NCBI GenBank assembly: GCA_046582655.1
Contig: JAYGDX010000117.1
Location: forward strand, 1 to 24,216
Source: Candidatus Poribacteria bacterium
GTDB taxonomy: Bacteria > Poribacteria > WGA-4E > UBA9662
Direction of reading: 5' to 3'
Length of the DNA: 24,216 nucleotides
In this document: positions 18,643-24,216 of the stretch, piece by piece
How positions within the stretch are numbered: position 1 is the first letter of the stretch
How the letters are laid out: every line of letters starts with the position of its first letter
Notes under the pieces: model-generated
Database searches by the model: none
Told to the model about the DNA's origin: nothing
Seen by the model: the letters and a program-made list of their open reading frames with translations, nothing else
Translations under genes and position numbers: made by a program

Positions 18643-19432
18643 CGAACCTTATCGCTATTTAGAAGCGGTAAGTAATCGCCGCGATTATGTTGAAGACCAA
18701 TTGCGCCAGGGAAGTCCCATCGTTAGCTTGCAATATGACGATGGGATCCTACTTCTGACAATAGGACGTGGACAACGCAAAATCTATGAAATCCATAACC
18801 ACATCGTCTTAGCCGCAATCGGCCATACGGCCGATATTGAGAGGCTCCGCTTACTCGCAACTGATGCAGCCTCTGTCCAGGGCTTCCAAAGTTCCGTTGA
18901 CGACGTCACTTTACACCGATTAACAAATTTCTTACTTGCCCCAACCATCAAGAGGGAGTTTGAAACTATTTTTTCCTCACCTATTATAGCAAAAATGTTG
19001 CTAGTTGAACTGGGTGGTATGCAACGTGAAAGCCAATTTATATCCCTGAATTACGACGGCACAACACAGGTAGATCAAAGAACCGGAGTATTGGCAGGAA
19101 ACGAAGAAATTGAATCTGCTATGCGCGCGAATCTATCAGATATATCGCAGAATCTCTCACTTCAAGCGGCTTTCGAGCTCGCGCTTGAAACATGGGCGAT
19201 TGGCAGGCACCATAGCCTTCAGGACAACAATAATAACCAGGATGATGAAGATGACGGTGATGAGGATGTAATTGAAAAAAAACAATTGCGAGAGGCGGTG
19301 CAGGAAGCGCGAGAACAAGGTGAAATTGAAGTCGGCATTTTGGATGTATCCCGACGAAGTAAAAGTAAATTCTGTTTGCTGCCAACGACAGAAACCGATG
19401 CAATGCTTGAATCTGCGAGAGATAAATTATGA
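18635..19432 (+). CDS. prcA: 20S proteasome alpha subunit
   Basis: Ntn fold without catalytic Thr. Motifs EPY, GSPIV, Y.DGILL, RKIYEIH and IGH.ADIE.LR. The TTG start overlaps the prcB end. Confidence 0.92.
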   Translation: MLDEPYRYLEAVSNRRDYVEDQLRQGSPIVSLQYDDGILLLTIGRGQRKIYEIHNHIVLAAIGHTADIERLRLLATDAASVQGFQSSVDDVTLHRLTNFLLAPTIKREFETIFSSPIIAKMLLVELGGMQRESQFISLNYDGTTQVDQRTGVLAGNEEIESAMRANLSDISQNLSLQAAFELALETWAIGRHHSLQDNNNNQDDEDDGDEDVIEKKQLREAVQEAREQGEIEVGILDVSRRSKSKFCLLPTTETDAMLESARDKL

Positions 19433-20853
19433 GTCGGAGGATTTTTGGCATCGAAACCGAGTTTGGTTGCTTAATGAAAGGCGATACATTCCGAACGGCG
19501 GAAGAAGCCTCCGTTCGAATTAAAGATTATGTTTTTGACGAACTTTCACTTGGCATTGCTGACATGCACTACCGCGACTGGGGTGAACCACCATTTAATG
19601 GTGGGTTTCTATATAACGGTGGTCGGCTTTACATGGATATGGGACACCTAGAGTATGCTAGCCCTGAGTGTGTGAAACTTTTTGATTTGGTTGCCTACGA
19701 TCGCGCAATTGATTTTCTGGTTGTTAAGATTCTTGATGATCTACAGGTTTCAGAAGAACTCTCTTTCATTAAAAACAATATAGACCACCTAACCGGTGCA
19801 ACGTTTGGTTGCCACGAAAATTATCAATTGTTGCGTAGCGTTCCATTTTATAAGCATGTTATCCCAACGCTAATGCCATTTTTCGTAACTCGGCAAATTT
19901 ATGCAGGCGCTGGGCGTGTCGGAGGTCATGATGAAGTCGCCGATATACACCAGGTTGGCCACGAAGCGAGTGATTTCACCGGGTTTCAAATATCTCAGCG
20001 TGCGGATCATATTGTGGCCGAGGTATACGAGTGGATCCAGTTTAGCCGTGCTATCATCAACACTCGCGATGAACCTCTTGCCGACCACAACAAATATCGT
20101 CGGTTGCATCTCCTGGTTGGTGACTCGAATATGGCGGAATATACTACTGCCTTAAAAGTTGGTGCTACATCTTTGGTGCTTGATTTTCTCGAAAAAGGTC
20201 ACTGCCCTCGTGACTTGACACTAGCCCACCCAGTCAAGACCATCAAGGAAATTTCAAGGGATCAATCTTTTGAATGGATTGTGGAACTTGAATCGGGCAA
20301 AACGATTTCCGCCATCGATTTACAGCTTGAGTACCTTCGAGTTGCACAAAAATGTTTAAGCGGTAATGATGCAGAAACGGATTGGGTTTTAACAGAATGG
20401 GAATCAGTCTTAGAAGATTTGGAAAGCAATAATCACGAAAATCTCGTGGGCCGAGTTGATTGGGTAACGAAGAAATGGTTGCTGGAAACATTTATGGAGG
20501 ACGAAAACCTTGACTGGGACGATCCATGGGTGGAAAGTCTGGATCTTGAGTATCATAACATCCATCCCGATACAGGCTTGTTTTATCATTTAGAAGCTCA
20601 AGGGCTAGCACCGCGTCTAACAACTGATGATCAGATCTGGAGTGCCGTTGAAAAGCCACCACAGAACACAAGAGCAAAAGCGCGTTCTCTGGTGATGCAA
20701 TATCTTGGTGAATACCATCTCCCCTGCATAGTTGATTGGCATCAAATTTACTTTGCCAATGACAACCCATTTGAAACTAAGGATCCATTCTACACTTATG
20801 ATAATGAAGTTGAAGAATTGTTGGAAAGATTAGAACGGATTCGCTCCAGTTAG
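19429..20853 (+). CDS. pafA: Pup/UBact-protein ligase (PafA family)
   Basis: Motifs RRIFGIETEFG, FLYNGGRLYMD.GH.EYA.PEC, KNNID...GCHENY, SQRADHI, INTRDEP.AD..KYRRLH and LDLEYH. It lacks the Dop loop. ATGA overlaps the prcA stop. Confidence 0.93.
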   Translation: MSRRIFGIETEFGCLMKGDTFRTAEEASVRIKDYVFDELSLGIADMHYRDWGEPPFNGGFLYNGGRLYMDMGHLEYASPECVKLFDLVAYDRAIDFLVVKILDDLQVSEELSFIKNNIDHLTGATFGCHENYQLLRSVPFYKHVIPTLMPFFVTRQIYAGAGRVGGHDEVADIHQVGHEASDFTGFQISQRADHIVAEVYEWIQFSRAIINTRDEPLADHNKYRRLHLLVGDSNMAEYTTALKVGATSLVLDFLEKGHCPRDLTLAHPVKTIKEISRDQSFEWIVELESGKTISAIDLQLEYLRVAQKCLSGNDAETDWVLTEWESVLEDLESNNHENLVGRVDWVTKKWLLETFMEDENLDWDDPWVESLDLEYHNIHPDTGLFYHLEAQGLAPRLTTDDQIWSAVEKPPQNTRAKARSLVMQYLGEYHLPCIVDWHQIYFANDNPFETKDPFYTYDNEVEELLERLERIRSS

Positions 20854-20900
20854 ATTTCTCAACACTCCCAATAAACATTAGAAAAACTCATAATTGTTGA

Positions 20901-22190
20901 TCATTCTGTATGGATTAGGTATCGATCGGCAAAATCCATATACCATTCCCAATCATATTCTGTAACATCATGTTTGCCCGAACGAATATGATACCCAATG
21001 ATACTTGTTATTGGCTGATGGAGTTCCGGCATTTCATCGGCGGCTAACCCCTCGGTGTCAAGCATATAGTACACCGATTCAGCCTCCTGAGCAGCTAAAA
21101 ATTCTCCACGAGGGGGGCCGCCCACAAATCTTCCTCTGCACTGGCTACGTATACTGGACGCGGTGCAATTAAGGCAATCAGCATGTGTTGATCAACCGGA
21201 AGTTCATCTTCATTATCGCTGAATTCTCTAAAATTTGCACAAAACCAATGTTCAAATCTATTGATTCTGCGAACAGTTTCGCCGAAACGTCGTCTCGACA
21301 AGGCCACCCCCACAACAACCGGAATTGTTGGAGATAACTAGAGCGAAACGTGTGTCTTGTGCACCAGCCCATAACGCCGCCTTACCCAGACGTGAATGTC
21401 CCATTACGGCCACACGTTCATGATCAATATCTTGATCGACCTCAGAATAATCCATGGCACGGGTGAGTCCCCAAGCCCACGCACTAATGGTACCCCATTC
21501 GTTTGGAGCAGGTTTTGTTTGACCTGCTTGATACAAGAGAGGATGTACTCCATTTTGGAACCCATCATGAAAATCGGGATCCATATCACCACAATAAATA
21601 GTTGCCAGGGCATATCCGCGGTCCAAGATTTGTTCAACTTCCCAACGACTTGAATTAGATCCTCGCGATCTTTCGGTAGCACGGTCATTCTCAATACCAA
21701 GTTCCTGATTATTATTCACCCACTGTTCTGATAATTTAATTCCCGGATCTGAGTGGATGGTGTGATTGCCATGAAAGTTAAGCCCAACGAAGGTTGGAAC
21801 CGGTTTCTTCAGATCAGGTGGTAGATATAGAAGGATATTTATCCTTGGACTTCCCTCATGATCACCAAATGAGATTCCAACTTCCTTGCGTATGGCTTTA
21901 CCATTGAGACTTTCAGAATCAATCGAAATAACTTTGAAGTTAATATTTTCTAATTCGCCTGGGACTCTACCATAAACAAATTCTTCAAAGAGATGCAAGA
22001 TTTCGGGACGACGCTTTTCAAACCACCCTCCTGCATTATTTACCTGAGTACCATCGAGGCATATCAGTGAATCGGGTAAAACGTAATCGGGAACCTTTGC
22101 TTCATCATAGTTAATTTCTGGTGGTGCAGAATTAGCGTAGGATCCAGATGAAACCACGAGTAAAATTGAAGATAGCAGCATTGTCAACAA
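20901..22190 (-). pseudogene. CE15 glucuronoyl esterase (4-O-methyl-glucuronoyl methylesterase)-like gene with two frameshifts
   Basis: Signal peptide, NYDEAKVP, AWAWG and catalytic GHSRLGK. After a frameshift near 21310 it reads [30 protein letters not shown]; after a frameshift near 21115 it reads PRGEF...[14 protein letters not shown]. Confidence 0.85.
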
Positions 22191-22317
22191 TGTCTCCTCG
22201 AAATGTGTAGCACAACGGATACTCGATCCATCGATGTACTTTGAGTAATGGAGTATAGATCAAACAATTCTGGCAAATAATACTTAAACTTTAATTGTCC
22301 ATGCAATTCGATAACAA

Positions 22318-22326
22318 TGATATAAT
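22318..22326 (+). promoter_or_regulatory. Putative extended -10 promoter element (TGATATAAT)
   Basis: Perfect TGnTATAAT in the divergent intergenic region upstream of the DUF4037 gene; no good -35 element. Confidence 0.35.
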
Positions 22327-22485
22327 TTTTAATCATAGCCGTTTAGAGAAATGATGTCAATTTGTTACTGATACCTAAAGTGATCATAGAAGAAGTTTGT
22401 ATGCTGCCACATACATGGTTCATCCGTTAACTCCGTCGTTCTGGCAGAAATTCTCCGGTTTCCTGAACGACATCTGAGGTGATAC

Positions 22486-23544
22486 ATGAAATTTAAAAGC
22501 AGTGAAATCCTAAGTATAAGCCATGATTTCTTCTTCGACGTTGCACTCCCTATCCTGCAGGACAATTTCCCTGTCATCGTTAATGAGTCAGCCTGTGGTT
22601 TCTTTGGATATGGATCTGAATGTCTCGGTATGGATGATGAACACTCACAGGATCACCATTTTGGGCTAAGGATCAATATGCTAACTCCAGAGAAATTGAT
22701 CAAAGGAAAAAAAGACGAGATCCTCAATAAGTTCTCTGAAGAACTTCCGGCTACTTATCAGGGGTTCTCACTTCGGTCTGGACATGTTGCAGGGGTTGGT
22801 ATAACGCCGGAGAGTCTAGAGGGATTCCTTTCCCGGACCATTGGTATCATATCCTCACCAAAGACCGCAGTTGATTGGTTGAAGATTCCGGAAGAAGACA
22901 TCATGCATGTCATTAACGGTGAAGTTTGGCACGATCCCAAAAAACAATTTTCAGAAATTAGATCCGTTTTACAGGAGTATTACCCGGACCCCGTCTGGAA
23001 AAGACGTATAGCGCACTGGTGTCGTTATTTTTCAGGGATGGGACTATATGCCATGAAACGCGCCGTTTTACGAGAAAATTGGGTTTATGCTACCACTGCT
23101 TTCGGACGCACAGTGAAATGGGCTTTAGAACTTGCATTTCTGTTGAATAGAACCTATTTCCCATATGACAAATGGCTGTATCCTTTTTTCGATACATTAC
23201 CCTGTTTAGCACCGCAAATGGATCCGTTACTGAAAGAAGCAATATCAGGCGAATGCTGTTGGAAGAGAAGAATTGATATTTTCGAACACATCTCAGATCT
23301 GCTTGACGCCAGAATGACAGAATTGGACTTGGTTGCCCCACACCCGCGTTTTATAGGATCTGCCACCTCCGGGTATCGATTACTCGAACACAATTACGCA
23401 GTAATTATGCAAAGCTTACCAGAAGAGATAATTCCAATCGTGCCACTATGGGATCAGGTGCATCTTGAGTCATTTCATAGTGATTATGTCGCACAATTAC
23501 CAATCGAACAGTGGGATGCCGTCTTAAATTTAAAGACTGATTAA
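22486..23544 (+). CDS. DUF4037 domain-containing protein (nucleotidyltransferase-like N-terminus)
   Basis: Motifs G..G.GSE.LG.DD..S.DH.FG, W..IPE, NGEVWHDP, YYPD, LLNR.Y.PY.KW; GAGGTG RBS. Confidence 0.8.
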   Translation: MKFKSSEILSISHDFFFDVALPILQDNFPVIVNESACGFFGYGSECLGMDDEHSQDHHFGLRINMLTPEKLIKGKKDEILNKFSEELPATYQGFSLRSGHVAGVGITPESLEGFLSRTIGIISSPKTAVDWLKIPEEDIMHVINGEVWHDPKKQFSEIRSVLQEYYPDPVWKRRIAHWCRYFSGMGLYAMKRAVLRENWVYATTAFGRTVKWALELAFLLNRTYFPYDKWLYPFFDTLPCLAPQMDPLLKEAISGECCWKRRIDIFEHISDLLDARMTELDLVAPHPRFIGSATSGYRLLEHNYAVIMQSLPEEIIPIVPLWDQVHLESFHSDYVAQLPIEQWDAVLNLKTD

Positions 23545-23589
23545 AGAGGACGAAAAACAGATAAGAAAAATCAACTTCGGGCCATAAAA

Positions 23590-23978
23590 GTGGCATTATT
23601 TATCATTCTTTTCTTTTTGATCACTTCTCTTTGGTCTAAGCTAGCTCCCTATAACATGGACGAATTTTGTCATTATCATTCCATTATTTCCCATCATTAC
23701 AAATATAATGTTCTTAATACATTCAGGGAAAATTGTAGAGATTATGACTTGAATTTCTTAAACACGGGGCTAGTTCTGCCCTTGAGGGCTTATGCTTATG
23801 AAGGCTGTTTTTCGTCCATGTATTACTATTCATTATTTCTGATCTGGAAATCCCGCAATCCGTTCGGTTTCTAGGCATGCTTTTTCTTTTTGTTCAATCG
23901 TTGCTTCTGGCTCGTATTTTCAATTTCAGGTATGAATACCTGCTATTGTTTTTGCTTTCTTTTTTTCCTTATTTTTGA
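23590..23978 (+). pseudogene. Truncated membrane protein, probable GT-C-type glycosyltransferase N-terminal fragment
   Basis: TM1 is followed by an NMDE acidic loop motif. A frameshift near 23853 continues as PQSVRFLGMLFLFVQSLLLARIFNFRYEYLLLFLLSFFPYF*. The segment is AT-rich. Confidence 0.5.
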
Positions 23979-24000
23979 CACTGTTCATTGATCATTCCTT

Positions 24001-24186
24001 CTATGCTGCCATTTTCAGGGGCGCTTCTTCGCTTTCAGCATAATGGAGTTGACATGTTCTCCCATGTTTTTCAAAAAGTGGGTGCTTTAACATCCGTGCA
24101 TAAAGATTGAGTTCTAGCGCCTTTTGAATCATGTGCTGCTTTCTTCGTTTGTATCAAGTTTTCTGAAGCATTCTGTAAGGATAGAT
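24001..24186 (-). pseudogene. Degenerate 3' gene fragment, possibly a transposase C-terminus
   Basis: The minus frame reads IYPYRMLQKT*YKRRKQHMIQKALELNLYARMLKHPLFEKHGRTCQLHYAESEEAPLKMAA*. It is basic and ends in -AA, as many IS transposases do. Confidence 0.3.
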
Positions 24187-24216
24187 TGTTTCTCTCTACA
24201 TGATTATTGGTACAAT

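Noticed and set aside
22400..22482. Short frame ...HGSSVNSVVLAEILRFPERHLR* resembling an alpha/beta-hydrolase C-terminal remnant
   Set aside because: It is too short to support homology without a search.

Overview
This is a bacterial chromosomal window with nearly all genes on the + strand. Its centrepiece (14326-20853) is a complete, intact prokaryotic proteasome and tagging operon: arc (AAA ATPase), dop, ubact, prcB, prcA and pafA. The small tag is UBact, not actinobacterial Pup: it ends RYRQRTGE and has no di-glycine. The ATPase lacks the canonical C-terminal HbYX/GQYL gate-opening motif. The left part holds catabolic genes: Gfo/Idh/MocA-type oxidoreductases, an E1 alpha/beta pair with no E2/E3 in the window, two PhyH-family Fe/2OG enzymes (one with a halogenase-like HxG motif), a WG-repeat lipoprotein and a SASA esterase. 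At least six decaying pseudogenes are interspersed, mostly carbohydrate-active: GHL10-like, alpha-galactosidase-like, a SASA paralog, a CE15 esterase, a GT-C fragment and an SMR transporter. I also see an unannotated 38-aa membrane ORF, a REP-like element, a perfect 22-bp palindrome and an AT-rich foreign-looking segment at the left edge. Gene content suggests a diderm non-actinobacterial lineage such as Poribacteria or PVC relatives; this is an untested inference. No rRNA, tRNA or CRISPR array was seen.
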